A stretch of DNA of 64,000 nucleotides from positions 674,713 through 738,712 of the forward strand of contig JBNKHE010000001.1 of the NCBI GenBank assembly GCA_050290185.1, read 5' to 3'. Numbering within the stretch: the stretch's first letter is position 1; every line of letters starts with the position of its first letter. Origin of the DNA: Pontiella sp. Its GTDB lineage: Bacteria > Verrucomicrobiota > Kiritimatiellia > Kiritimatiellales > Pontiellaceae. Under the pieces are notes generated by a model. It was not told where the DNA came from. It was given only the letters and a program-made list of their open reading frames with translations, and did no database searches. This document shows positions 28,645-37,927 of this stretch, piece by piece. Made by a program: the position numbers and the translations under genes.

Positions 28645-29541
28645 ATGAAACCAGCTCTGATCATCATGGCCGCTGGCATGGGCAGTCGCTACGGCGGACT
28701 CAAGCAAATGGACCCCGTGGGCCCCAATGGAGAATGCCTGCTGGAATATTCGATCTACGACGCCATCCGCGCCGGTTTCGGCAAAATCGTTTTCGTTATC
28801 CGGCACGACTTTGAAACTGAATTCAAGGAACAGGTCGGGCGGCGCTTTGAAGACAAGATCGTTGTTGAATATGCCTTCCAAACCCTCGAAAACCTACCCA
28901 AGGGATTTGCTGTTCCCGAAGGGCGAACGAAGCCATGGGGCACCGGTCAGGCTGTGCTCGCCTGCAGGGATCTGATTCACGAACCCTTTGTCGTACAAAA
29001 CGCCGACGACTTCTACGGCGCCGAAGCCTATCAGGTGATTGCCAACGCGTTTGGTTCACTGGCGAAAGATGAAAGCGCCATGGTTGGCTATCGACTGCGC
29101 AACACCCTGTCCCCCCATGGCTCGGTTTCGCGCGGTGTTTGCGAAACGGTCGACGGCTATCTTTCCACAGTGACCGAGCGGGTTAGTATAGCCACCAACG
29201 AGGCCGGCACCATCCAGTATGTCGAAGACGGAAAATCCATCGACATGACCGGCGACGAAATCTGCTCGATGAATTTCTGGGGATTCCAGCCCTGCCTGTT
29301 CGATACGCTGGAGAAAAAGTTTATCGCCTTTCTTGAAGCAAAGGGCCAGGAACTGAAGTCTGAGTGGTATATCCCGAACATTATCCAGGATGCGATCGAC
29401 CACGGTGAAACGCGCGTCAAGATCCTCAGCTCCGACAGCCAATGGTTCGGCGTCACCTACCCCGAAGACCGCCCCTCCGTCGTCGCCAGTCTGAAATCGA
29501 TGCACGATGCCGGGAAATATCCGCCGAAGCTGTGGGAATAG
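28645..29541 (+). CDS. Sugar-phosphate nucleotidyltransferase family protein
   Basis: MAAGMGSRYGGLKQ, RTKPWGTG, NADDFYG, SMNFWGF, WFGVTY. Confidence 0.9.
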   Translation: MKPALIIMAAGMGSRYGGLKQMDPVGPNGECLLEYSIYDAIRAGFGKIVFVIRHDFETEFKEQVGRRFEDKIVVEYAFQTLENLPKGFAVPEGRTKPWGTGQAVLACRDLIHEPFVVQNADDFYGAEAYQVIANAFGSLAKDESAMVGYRLRNTLSPHGSVSRGVCETVDGYLSTVTERVSIATNEAGTIQYVEDGKSIDMTGDEICSMNFWGFQPCLFDTLEKKFIAFLEAKGQELKSEWYIPNIIQDAIDHGETRVKILSSDSQWFGVTYPEDRPSVVASLKSMHDAGKYPPKLWE

Positions 29542-29566
29542 CCCATTTGTCCCACAACCTGCCAGC

Positions 29567-29614
29567 GGTGGAGGGCTGCACGAACGGCGGACGACGGGGA
29601 CAGTCGTTCCCACC
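29567..29614. repeat. REP-like palindrome, family A
   Basis: GGTGG...GCGGACGACGGGGACAGTCGTTCCCACC. Confidence 0.5.
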
Positions 29615-29622
29615 CGAAAGGC

Positions 29623-29648
29623 AAAAAAAAGCGTTCCTTGCGGAACGC
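29623..29648 (-). terminator. Terminator after tRNA-Arg(ACG)
   Basis: GCGTTCC-GCAA-GGAACGC followed by T8 on the minus strand. Confidence 0.88.
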
Positions 29649-29659
29649 GGGGAAATAAG

Positions 29660-29736
29660 TGGCGCAGCCATCAGGAGTCGAACCTGAAACCTCCTGATTC
29701 GTAGTCAGGTGCTCTATCCAATTGAGCTATGGCTGC
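29660..29736 (-). tRNA. tRNA-Arg(ACG)
   Basis: Acceptor GCAGCCA/TGGCTGC, D-arm AGCTCAATTGGATAGAGC, anticodon arm CCTGA-CTACGAA-TCAGG, encoded CCA. Confidence 0.96.
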
Positions 29737-29781
29737 ACGGTAAAAGCTTTTCAGCGTTCCTCCTTCCACTTGATAAAATCT

Positions 29782-29824
29782 TCCCGCTGCCGCGGAATGC
29801 TCTATCCAATGGAGCTATGGATGC
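29782..29824 (-). pseudogene. Relic 5' half of a tRNA-Arg
   Basis: GCATCCATAGCTCCATTGGATAGAGCA matches the first 27 nt of the adjacent tRNA with 2 mismatches; no T-arm or 3' acceptor strand. Confidence 0.7.
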
Positions 29825-29839
29825 GCTTAAGAGGTGGGG

Positions 29840-29868
29840 AATTTATAGAGAACCCCCTTTCCGGTCAA
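29840..29868 (-). promoter_or_regulatory. Putative sigma70 promoter for the tRNA relic and tRNA-Arg(ACG)
   Basis: TTGACC-N17-TAAATT followed by a C-rich discriminator. Confidence 0.6.
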
Positions 29869-29913
29869 CGGGAAAAAGCGAGAAAAGTAAAAAGTAAAAT
29901 CGTGGGTAGTGAT

Positions 29914-30013
29914 TGCAGGGCAGGAACAGTCGAAGACCTTCCTGCCGCCGCCTGTTCAACCGCTCATTTACCCGCTATGCGGCGCAAAGGTCTCCGCCCA
30001 TTAGCGCCCTACA
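29914..30013. repeat. REP-like element, family B
   Basis: First 35 nt match 23241-23275 at 28/35 positions; ends in CCTACA. Confidence 0.55.
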
Positions 30014-30054
30014 ATGCACATAACATCCGACGAGTGAAGAAATTCGCCAGTCAT

Positions 30055-31014
30055 TCATGATTGGTGCAGGGCGTCCAGCTCAGGTTTGCATAGCTCGTAG
30101 AAATTGCATTGGCTGCAGTTGGCGGAATCAAGGGTCAGCTCCCATTCCTCCTTGGGCAAGGGTTCGTTTTTCTCGCGGTCGCAATCGATGAGATATTCGG
30201 TCATTTCGCCGACGGAATCGCTCATCAAGACCTTGGTTTCCTCCATATCAGCTTCGGTCAGCTGAAAGGGCAGCACCTGTCCCTCGTTGAGGTATTCGAC
30301 GTAGAGAAAAATATTCTCGAGCTTCGCCCCATGTTTGACGATGGCCCAAAGCGCGTAGAGCGAGAGCTGGAGCCGATGCTGCTCGGCTTTGATTTTTCCG
30401 GCTTTCCAATCGTGGATGTGCACTTCGTCGCTGACTTTGTAGGCATAGTCGGGAATGGAGTAGATCTTCACCCCCTCGTAGACGAAGTGTTCCACATCGC
30501 CGCCCTGCTCGGGCGTGGCAATCTGGAATTCCTGGGCGGGGGAAATGCTTCCCACACGGGGAAGTACCTTGTCGATAAAGTTTGCGATGCAATTCTGCAC
30601 CTGGGAAGCGACCTGCCGCTTGGCCTCGTTTTCGTCTTCCATGGTTTTATAATAGTGCTCGCGTAGACAGCAAAACTGCTTGGGAGAATTACGCCAGTTT
30701 CCTTCGGCCGACTCCTTCCACTTCCGGGTCAGGAACGGACGGGCAACCTGGTCCCAGCCAGCCTTGGCATCAACCGGGATTCCCTGTTGGTGCTGCTTAA
30801 GCACCCACATGATGGCGTTTTCCGCCGCCTGCCCCATCAGGCCCCAGCGATTGTCCATCTTGTTCAGGCGATAGGCCGCCTTCTGTTCGGGCGATGCGTT
30901 GCGCGCCCAGCCCCCCCACATGCCGTACTTGCTCCAGTAACGCCGCCGCCGGCACGCCTCGAAATCCGCCGACGCGCTGAACGACCATGAAAACGTATTC
31001 TTTAGCTCTGCCAC
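30055..31014 (-). CDS. PD-(D/E)XK nuclease, Cas4/AddB/RecB-like
   Basis: WSFS..ACRRR, IPD, IHDWKAG, QLSLYA, C-terminal CxxCxxxxxC; GTG start. Confidence 0.85.
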   Translation of the reverse strand: MAELKNTFSWSFSASADFEACRRRRYWSKYGMWGGWARNASPEQKAAYRLNKMDNRWGLMGQAAENAIMWVLKQHQQGIPVDAKAGWDQVARPFLTRKWKESAEGNWRNSPKQFCCLREHYYKTMEDENEAKRQVASQVQNCIANFIDKVLPRVGSISPAQEFQIATPEQGGDVEHFVYEGVKIYSIPDYAYKVSDEVHIHDWKAGKIKAEQHRLQLSLYALWAIVKHGAKLENIFLYVEYLNEGQVLPFQLTEADMEETKVLMSDSVGEMTEYLIDCDREKNEPLPKEEWELTLDSANCSQCNFYELCKPELDALHQS

Positions 31015-31712
31015 TTCAATCCTCCAAAATCATAGCAAGGCATACTGCCCAGTGGTTTGTCCGTCACAACTGCGGCGGCATATTTTGATCCAGACTCAAG
31101 ATAATGATATATCCATCCATCCTTCTCGACGTTGTCTTCCAAAGGGACAGATACCCGCTTCAGCTCGGTAAACAATGTTGATCCGCAAGCCTTCACATAG
31201 GCCTCCTTGCGCGCCCACAGTTTAAAAAATACCGCGTGCGGGTCGTGGGACTTTTTAACCCATTCCACTTCCTGCGGTGAATAATAGCGTTCAGCGATTG
31301 CGGTCACATCCATTTCCCGCTTGATCTGTTCGATGTCGACGCCAATAGAGCGATCCCGTCCAAAAGCCAGGACCACCCATGCTCCGGAATGAGAGACATT
31401 GAAATCCACCTCCGAACCGGCTACGTGCGGTTTCCCGTTTTCGGAATAATCGAACTTGATTTCGGACGCGGCCATCCCGGCATAGCCGGCAAGCAGTACA
31501 CGCAGTGCTCCGCGGGCGACGATGGAGGATTGGCGGTCGGCGTCCCGCTGGAAACGATCGGCTTTTTCGCATTCACGGTCAGAAAGCAAGCCCTGAAGAG
31601 TCTCCATCTGACTCAGCATATCCGGCACATGCACGCCCCAGATATGAATGGAATCGGTAGCCAGCGGGAGCAAACTGTGAATGTTTTTTATGACTTCCAT
31701 GAGTGCGTTCAT
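31002..31712 (-). CDS. Sfp-type 4'-phosphopantetheinyl transferase
   Basis: GKP, FNVSHSG, IGVDIE, FFKLWARKEAYVKACG; start uncertain (31712 or 31700). Confidence 0.92.
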   Translation of the reverse strand: MNALMEVIKNIHSLLPLATDSIHIWGVHVPDMLSQMETLQGLLSDRECEKADRFQRDADRQSSIVARGALRVLLAGYAGMAASEIKFDYSENGKPHVAGSEVDFNVSHSGAWVVLAFGRDRSIGVDIEQIKREMDVTAIAERYYSPQEVEWVKKSHDPHAVFFKLWARKEAYVKACGSTLFTELKRVSVPLEDNVEKDGWIYHYLESGSKYAAAVVTDKPLGSMPCYDFGGLKWQS

Positions 31713-31819
31713 TGTTAACGAGGCCCTGGGCGCATTCAACATTGCATTCGCCCTTTCTGCACATTGACGCATATAGACCCGTGCTGGTACTCTTTCGATA
31801 ATTAAATGGAGATTTCTAC

Positions 31820-32470
31820 ATGAGCCAGACGGAACGAAAAACCGCCGGTGTGCCGACCATTAAACGATTGCCGCTTTATCTCCGCCTGTTGCGAAAAATG
31901 AAGGCGGATGGAGAGGAATATGCATCGGGCACGGTAGTGGCGCGCGAACTGGGACTCGATCCGATTGTCGTACGGAAGGATTTAGCGATCACCGGGGCCG
32001 TCGGACGGCCGAGGCTTGGATTTCCGACGGACGAAATTATCGCCGCTATCGAGGATTTTCTGGGTTGGTCCAACACCAGCGATGCCATTCTTGTGGGAGT
32101 GGGCAACCTGGGACGTGCCTTGCTGGGTTACACCGGCTTCGAACAGCACGGAATGCGAATTGTTGCAGCATTCGACAGCAACCCGGATATCATCGGCACC
32201 CAGGTTCACGGCAAAACCGTAATCGATGTCCAAAGGCTGCCCGCGATAGCCAAGGAGATGCACGTGCAGATCGGCGTCCTGACGGTGACCGCATCGGTCG
32301 CGCAACAGGTAGCCAATGCGATGATCGAAGGCGGCATCCGGGCCATCTGGAACTTCACACCGACCACTCTTGATATTCCGGCGGAAGTCATCCTGCAGCG
32401 CGAAGAGCTGGCCTCCAGTCTGGCCGTCCTTTCACATCGGCTACTCGTTGAGGGCGGTCGGACCCCCTAG
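31820..32470 (+). CDS. rex: Redox-sensing transcriptional repressor Rex
   Basis: TIKRLPLYLRLL, VRKDL, VGVGNLGRAL, AIWNFTP. Confidence 0.95.
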   Translation: MSQTERKTAGVPTIKRLPLYLRLLRKMKADGEEYASGTVVARELGLDPIVVRKDLAITGAVGRPRLGFPTDEIIAAIEDFLGWSNTSDAILVGVGNLGRALLGYTGFEQHGMRIVAAFDSNPDIIGTQVHGKTVIDVQRLPAIAKEMHVQIGVLTVTASVAQQVANAMIEGGIRAIWNFTPTTLDIPAEVILQREELASSLAVLSHRLLVEGGRTP

Positions 32471-32473
32471 ACG

Positions 32474-32501
32474 AAAAAAGCCAAGGCAGATACCTTGGCT
32501 T
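32474..32501. terminator. Terminator at the end of the polysaccharide cluster and rex
   Basis: AAAAAAGCCAAGG-CAGATA-CCTTGGCTT; T6 tail on the minus strand. Confidence 0.8.
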
Positions 32502-32524
32502 CGAGATCCGTCTGCAACAGACAG

Positions 32525-33184
32525 TCAGGCAGAGAACACGGTCTTACGCGCATAAAAACCTTCAGCGTAGCCGGACGGGGAACAGGATTCCATGCCGCGG
32601 ATGCGCATCAGCCCCAAAAAAAGCTCCTCGCAAAACCAATGCTTGGATTGCTGTGTACCAAAGAACCGCATGAGCGCAACGGCCTTTGCCCTGGCGACCT
32701 CTTCCGACACCGGAATGTAAAAATTGGGAGATCCCATGTCTCCATCGTATTTTGGGATTTCATACTCCAGCACGAAGTGATTGCGAAAGGTGTTCCCGGA
32801 GAGTTGGTTTATGATGCGGTGGTCCTGATGGGAATCGTCCCGGTAGTGCGTAAAGATGATGTCCGGCTCGAAGGAGCTCTTGAGCCGCTCAAAAGTCTCC
32901 TTTATCCCAGCCCATTCGTTCGGAAAAAATCCGTCTCGGAAGCTATGAAAATCTGTGGCCTTGGCCTCCACCGCATCAAGCCAGTAGCCGGCGCTGACTT
33001 TAGCTTCCTCCGCCCGCGAACGGTCGCCGCTGAACACCACCCACCGTACGTCGAGCGGCTGACCGCTTTCGTGAAGCTGCAAAAGAGAGGCACCACAGCC
33101 GATTTCAATATCATCGCTATGGGCGCCCAGGCACAACACCCGCAAAGGGCTTCCGCTTTCCAATTTCGGGGTCAATTCAAGCAT
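32525..33184 (-). CDS. PIG-L/LmbE family deacetylase
   Basis: GAHSDDIEIGCG and HQDH motifs. Confidence 0.9.
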   Translation of the reverse strand: MLELTPKLESGSPLRVLCLGAHSDDIEIGCGASLLQLHESGQPLDVRWVVFSGDRSRAEEAKVSAGYWLDAVEAKATDFHSFRDGFFPNEWAGIKETFERLKSSFEPDIIFTHYRDDSHQDHRIINQLSGNTFRNHFVLEYEIPKYDGDMGSPNFYIPVSEEVARAKAVALMRFFGTQQSKHWFCEELFLGLMRIRGMESCSPSGYAEGFYARKTVFSA

Positions 33185-33202
33185 CGGACCATCCCTTTCC
33201 GT

Positions 33203-33976
33203 TTAATCGTTTCTCCAGGGAGCATTGCCTTGCTCGTACAAGTCGTCGAGCATCTGCTTTTCCTTGAACGTATCCATGCAGCCCCAAAATCCAGTATACT
33301 TATGTGCATATAACTTGGATTCGGCAATCAACCGCTGGAAAGGCTGCATGACCAGCTCGTCACCTTCCTCAATGTAGTCGAAGATTTCAGGACTCAAAAC
33401 GAAGTAGCCCCCATTGACCCAAAAGTCCGCGGCGTTGGTATCCTCGATTTTTTTTACCAGCCCGGTTTTGGCATCGGCATCGACGCAATGAAAACTGTGA
33501 TAGGGCTTGATACACAAAAAGCTCGCGATGGCTCCGCGCCGCCTGTGCTCCTCGACCAGCTCCGGAATCGGTTGGTCCGTGAGTCCATCGCTGTAGTTGG
33601 CCAAGAAGACTTCCTCGCCGTCAAGATGCTCCTTCACCGCCATCAGACGCTCGGCAATGGTGGACTTCAATCCGGTATCCACGAAGGTAATGCGCCAATC
33701 ATCAATGTCGCTATGGAGCAATGTGATGTCACGGCCACCGTTTTCCATGACAAAATCGTTAGTGAGGCTTTCATCATAGTTCAGGAAGTAGCTCTTGATC
33801 GCATCGGCCTTGTAGCCCAGACAAAGGATGAAATCCTTGTAGCCGAACCTGGCATAGTATTCCATTACATGCCACAGCACCGGCCGGTAGCCGATCGGAA
33901 CCATGGGCTTGGGAATCTGGTCGGAATAATCCCGAAGACGTGTGCCCAATCCCCCGCAGAACAGAACCACTTTCAT
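33203..33976 (-). CDS. Glucose-1-phosphate cytidylyltransferase-like protein (paralog 2)
   Basis: LFCGGLGTRL, PKPMVPIG, VDTG, NYSDG, VNGGYF, CMDTFKEK. Confidence 0.88.
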   Translation of the reverse strand: MKVVLFCGGLGTRLRDYSDQIPKPMVPIGYRPVLWHVMEYYARFGYKDFILCLGYKADAIKSYFLNYDESLTNDFVMENGGRDITLLHSDIDDWRITFVDTGLKSTIAERLMAVKEHLDGEEVFLANYSDGLTDQPIPELVEEHRRRGAIASFLCIKPYHSFHCVDADAKTGLVKKIEDTNAADFWVNGGYFVLSPEIFDYIEEGDELVMQPFQRLIAESKLYAHKYTGFWGCMDTFKEKQMLDDLYEQGNAPWRND

Positions 33977-34006
33977 GATGCTTCCTCCACTTGCATGCCA
34001 ACTCTC

Positions 34007-35248
34007 TTACTCGACAACGTCTATCTCGGGGATCGGCACAATAAACCGACATCCCCAAGAGCGCACATGCGCCACGTTCGCCATGATCTCTTTTTTTAGG
34101 TTCCAAGGCAAAATTAAAAGATAGTCGGGACGCGCTTCGTCAATTTTTTCCAGGGGATAGACCGGAATTCGCGACCCGGGGAGCAACCGCCCATGCTTAT
34201 ACGGGTTCCGGTCCACGGTAAAGTCGATGAAGTCGGTCCCGATACCGCAGTAGTTCAACAGGGTATTGCCTTTGCCGGGAGCACCATAGCCGGCAATCGA
34301 CTTGCCACTTTGCTTGAGCTCAATCAACAACGACAGCAGGGCCCGTTTCGCCGCCTTCACCCGCGCGCCAAAACCTTCATAGGTCGCTATTTCAGCATAA
34401 CCTGCCTCCAGCTCCCGGCGACGCATGTCGAGCACCCGCGGCGTTATGTCCGCTGCGTGGGCTCCCTCGTGACAGGCATAGATGCGGATCGACCCGCCAT
34501 GGCTTGGAAGTTCTTCCACATCGAACAGGCGCAAGCCATGCGCCGCAAAGATGCGTTCTGCCACGAGAAACGAAAAATAGCTGAAATGTTCATGGTAGAT
34601 CGTGTCGTACTGGCACTGGTCGATCAACTGCATCAGATGCGGGAATTCCAGGGTTGCAACGCCGGTCGGCCGGAGCAGAACCCGGATACCTTCCACAAAC
34701 CCGTTTAGATCCGGAACCTGCGCAAGCACATTGTTGCCGATGACCAGATCCGCCTGCTGGCCTTCGGCAACCATTTTCCGCGCAACTGCGGCATTGAAGA
34801 ATTCCATCAGAGTGGGCACGCCGACCTCTTCCGCAGCCCGGGCCACGTTCTCCGCGGGCTCCACACCGAGACATGGAATCCCTTTCTCGCAAAAATTGCG
34901 GAGCAGGTAACCATCATTGCTCGCCAGCTCGACGACGAAGCTTTCCGAGTCGAGTCCAAAACGTTCCGTCACCATCGCGGCATAATCCGCGGCATGTCGC
35001 ATCCATGAATCGGAAAATGAGGAGAAATAGGCATAGTCCTTAAAAATATGCTCCGGGCTCACATACTCATCAAGTTGCAGCAACAGACAGTTTCCACACG
35101 CCATAAGCTTCAATGGATAGAAGGGCTCCATCGCGTTGTACTGGTCCGGCTCAACAAAGGATTCGCACAGCGGCGACATGCCCAAATCGACCACCGTATG
35201 TTCGAGCGGTTGGCCACAAAACCGACATAATGATTTTTGTTCGTACAT
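34007..35248 (-). CDS. NDP-hexose C3-methyltransferase family (zinc finger plus SAM)
   Basis: CRFC, CGNC, ELASNDGYLL, DTIYHEHFSY, HGGS, GYGAPGKGNTLLNYCG, LPWN. Confidence 0.9.
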   Translation of the reverse strand: MYEQKSLCRFCGQPLEHTVVDLGMSPLCESFVEPDQYNAMEPFYPLKLMACGNCLLLQLDEYVSPEHIFKDYAYFSSFSDSWMRHAADYAAMVTERFGLDSESFVVELASNDGYLLRNFCEKGIPCLGVEPAENVARAAEEVGVPTLMEFFNAAVARKMVAEGQQADLVIGNNVLAQVPDLNGFVEGIRVLLRPTGVATLEFPHLMQLIDQCQYDTIYHEHFSYFSFLVAERIFAAHGLRLFDVEELPSHGGSIRIYACHEGAHAADITPRVLDMRRRELEAGYAEIATYEGFGARVKAAKRALLSLLIELKQSGKSIAGYGAPGKGNTLLNYCGIGTDFIDFTVDRNPYKHGRLLPGSRIPVYPLEKIDEARPDYLLILPWNLKKEIMANVAHVRSWGCRFIVPIPEIDVVE

Positions 35249-35375
35249 AAATAAAATAAGGGCCCGCAGGCTCCAAGGGTTGATCCCCCATCAACCGGTC
35301 CAATGACGACCGAAGGCCGGGATGCTTTGTCCCAAGGGGCGGGGCAAGGTAAAGAGTTGATGTTTAATTTCGAAA

Positions 35376-35900
35376 TTAAAGAAGTGGCCAGCGCTGATCC
35401 TTATCGCTCACAATTTTCGGTTCGACTGGCCATTCGATCCCCAGCTTCGGATCATTGTAACGCACACCACGCTCGCACTCCGGAGCATAGAAGCCCCCGA
35501 CAAGATAGTAGGCCTGGCTGTCCGGTTTCAGCGTCAGAAAACCATGTGCAAAATGGGCCGGAACAAAAAGCATCTTCTGATTTTCCGGCGTCAATTCGAT
35601 TCCGAAATGCTGCATGTATGTGGGTGATTCAGGCCGCATATCGACGATCACATCGTAGATGGCTCCACGAGTGCAACGCATGAACTTGGTCTCGGGAACG
35701 GGATCGACTTGGTAATGCATGCCACGCAACGTGCCGGCATCGCGGCTGAACGAGGTATTGCACTGCACAAAGGTCGAGGGCATGCCGTGCTCCTCAAACT
35801 CCTTTTGGCAGAACGCTCGGGCGAAATAGCCGCGTTCGTCGCCAATCGGGGTTTCGGTAACGATCCATGCGCCTTTCAGGGGAGTGGGTTCAAACTGCAT
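35376..35900 (-). CDS. rfbC: dTDP-4-dehydrorhamnose 3,5-epimerase family
   Basis: DERGYF, GTLRGMHYQ, DVIVDMRPESPT, FAHGF, SDKD. Confidence 0.92.
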   Translation of the reverse strand: MQFEPTPLKGAWIVTETPIGDERGYFARAFCQKEFEEHGMPSTFVQCNTSFSRDAGTLRGMHYQVDPVPETKFMRCTRGAIYDVIVDMRPESPTYMQHFGIELTPENQKMLFVPAHFAHGFLTLKPDSQAYYLVGGFYAPECERGVRYNDPKLGIEWPVEPKIVSDKDQRWPLL

Positions 35901-35903
35901 AGA

Positions 35904-36683
35904 CTAATCCTTCCATACTTTCCAGGGAGCGTTGTTTTTGGACCAGAGATCTTCCAGCACATGCTTGTCACGAAGCGTATCCATGGGATGCCAGAAATCC
36001 TCATGCCGGAATGCGTTCAACTGCCCTTCGTGCGCCAATTGCTGCAAGGGCCGGCGTTCCCAGACCTCCGCGTCGGATTCGATGTAATCGAGCACTTTGG
36101 GTTCCAGCACAAAATAACCGCCATTAATCCACGCTCCATCGCCATGGGGCTTTTCCTGAAAATGCGTGACTTCGACCTGGTCATGCTCCAGCGTGAACGC
36201 GCCAAAACGTCCCGGAGCCATAACGGCGGCCATGGTTGCCAAACTGCCGGATTGGCGATGGAAATCGATCTCTGCCGTAATATCGATATTGCAAACACCG
36301 TCACCATAGGTCATGCAGAAGGTCTCGTCGTCAAGGTATTCACGTACACGAAGCAATCGCCCGCCCGTCATGGTTTCCTGCCCGGTATCGACACAGGTAA
36401 CGCGCCATGGCTCAACCTTTCTATGATGATATTCCGCCGTGTTGTTCGCCAGATCAAACGTCACGTCGGCTCCTGACAGAAACATCCTCGAAAAATAGTC
36501 CTTGATCATGAAGCCCTTGTATCCACACGCCACGATAAAATCGGTGATGCCATGGGAGGCATAGGTTTTCATGATATGCCATAAAATCGGCTGATCCCCG
36601 ATGCCAACCATGGGCTTGGGCCTAACGGCGCTCTCTTCGCTGATACGCGTTCCGTATCCTCCGGCTAAAATCACTGCTTTCAT
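35904..36683 (-). CDS. rfbF: Glucose-1-phosphate cytidylyltransferase
   Basis: [43 protein letters not shown]; start at ATG 36683. Confidence 0.94.
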   Translation of the reverse strand: MKAVILAGGYGTRISEESAVRPKPMVGIGDQPILWHIMKTYASHGITDFIVACGYKGFMIKDYFSRMFLSGADVTFDLANNTAEYHHRKVEPWRVTCVDTGQETMTGGRLLRVREYLDDETFCMTYGDGVCNIDITAEIDFHRQSGSLATMAAVMAPGRFGAFTLEHDQVEVTHFQEKPHGDGAWINGGYFVLEPKVLDYIESDAEVWERRPLQQLAHEGQLNAFRHEDFWHPMDTLRDKHVLEDLWSKNNAPWKVWKD

Positions 36684-36702
36684 CGCTTCCTCGAATTCTT
36701 CG

Positions 36703-37911
36703 TTAACTGTTTTGGAGCTTTTCAATTTCATCGACCATATAGGCCGTAAAAGGAATAGAACAGGTCCACCCCGGGGAAACCGAGTTCAACACATGGAATG
36801 ACCGGTCATCGCCCTCAAACACGAAATCCATCTCCAGACTTTTCTTTTTTAGATTGAGCAGCTGCGCACGAATGCCCGACGGCCCCCAGTGGGTCAGTGT
36901 CGGAAAATCCAGCCCGGTGGCCAACGACTGCGACAGCCTGACAAGGTGGGCGCGGTGGTATTTGCGCAGCTCTTCGCACGCGAGGCGCCGGAAATTGAAA
37001 TCGGCCTTAAGCATCAGCTGCGAGCCCAGCCCCATGGTCTGGAGCAGCTCACCAAAATTAAAGTGCTCCATGCCCTTGTATTGCTCGCGCCAGAACGCCG
37101 GAATCGCAGTAGGGCCAATCTTGTGGTGGCCATCAACAGTGACCGTCACATGCACACCAAGAAACGGATTCTGAAGATTGGGGACCGGATATATGTTGGT
37201 CTTAAAACTGCCGGCAGGTTCGCTGGATTTAAGGTAGAGCCCCTTGAACGGCAAAATCGCATAGTTCTTTCCAAACCCAAATTGGTGCGCCACCTTGTCG
37301 GCATAGAGCCCGGCGGCGTTGATGACATAGCCCGCATTGAACTCCAGACTTTGGGTCCACACCCGGTTCCCCTTGGATTTCACAAAAGGCTCGGAGCAGA
37401 GGAACTCAATGCCCTGTTCCGAGGCATCTTTGCGGAAGGCCGCCAACACGGGCCTAGGATCGGCCGTTGCCGTTGCGGGACTCCACAAGGCATGCTTGCA
37501 GGTCTTGACCCGCGGTTCGATTTCCAATGCTTCTTTTTCGGATATCTTATGTAACTCGACGCCATTGGCCTGACCGCGCATCAGCAGCTCATCCAGGACC
37601 GCCAGTTCCGATTCATCCTTCGCCACCACCAGCTTGCCGCATTCGTTCAGCGGAATGCCGTGCTCACGGATATAGTCCTTCATTGCGGCATTGCCGTCGC
37701 GTGTAAAGCGCGCTTTCAGACTGTTGGCCGTATAGTAGAACCCGGCATGTACAACACCACTGTTGCGCCCGCTTCCATGGAGCCCCAATGTCGGCTCCTT
37801 ATCCACCACACATACCGATACCGCGGGATTACGCCGCTTCAGATGCAACGCCATGTTGATGCCGATAACGCCGCCGCCAATAATCAGATAATCTACTGTT
37901 CTTGCTGCCAT
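36703..37911 (-). CDS. lhgO: L-2-hydroxyglutarate oxidase-like FAD oxidoreductase
   Basis: [48 protein letters not shown]. Confidence 0.85.
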   Translation of the reverse strand: MAARTVDYLIIGGGVIGINMALHLKRRNPAVSVCVVDKEPTLGLHGSGRNSGVVHAGFYYTANSLKARFTRDGNAAMKDYIREHGIPLNECGKLVVAKDESELAVLDELLMRGQANGVELHKISEKEALEIEPRVKTCKHALWSPATATADPRPVLAAFRKDASEQGIEFLCSEPFVKSKGNRVWTQSLEFNAGYVINAAGLYADKVAHQFGFGKNYAILPFKGLYLKSSEPAGSFKTNIYPVPNLQNPFLGVHVTVTVDGHHKIGPTAIPAFWREQYKGMEHFNFGELLQTMGLGSQLMLKADFNFRRLACEELRKYHRAHLVRLSQSLATGLDFPTLTHWGPSGIRAQLLNLKKKSLEMDFVFEGDDRSFHVLNSVSPGWTCSIPFTAYMVDEIEKLQNS

Positions 37912-37927
37912 TTACGTTCTTTTCCCA

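Noticed and set aside
23373..29736. Genomic island bounded by the two tRNA-Arg genes
   Set aside because: Content is housekeeping (pilD, aroE, leuA); no integrase and no duplicated tRNA 3' end
30055..31014. CRISPR-Cas locus suggested by the Cas4-like nuclease
   Set aside because: No repeat-spacer array or other cas genes seen anywhere in the window
31713..31819. Rex operator upstream of rex
   Set aside because: No TTGTGAA-N4-TTCACAA-like palindrome found by eye
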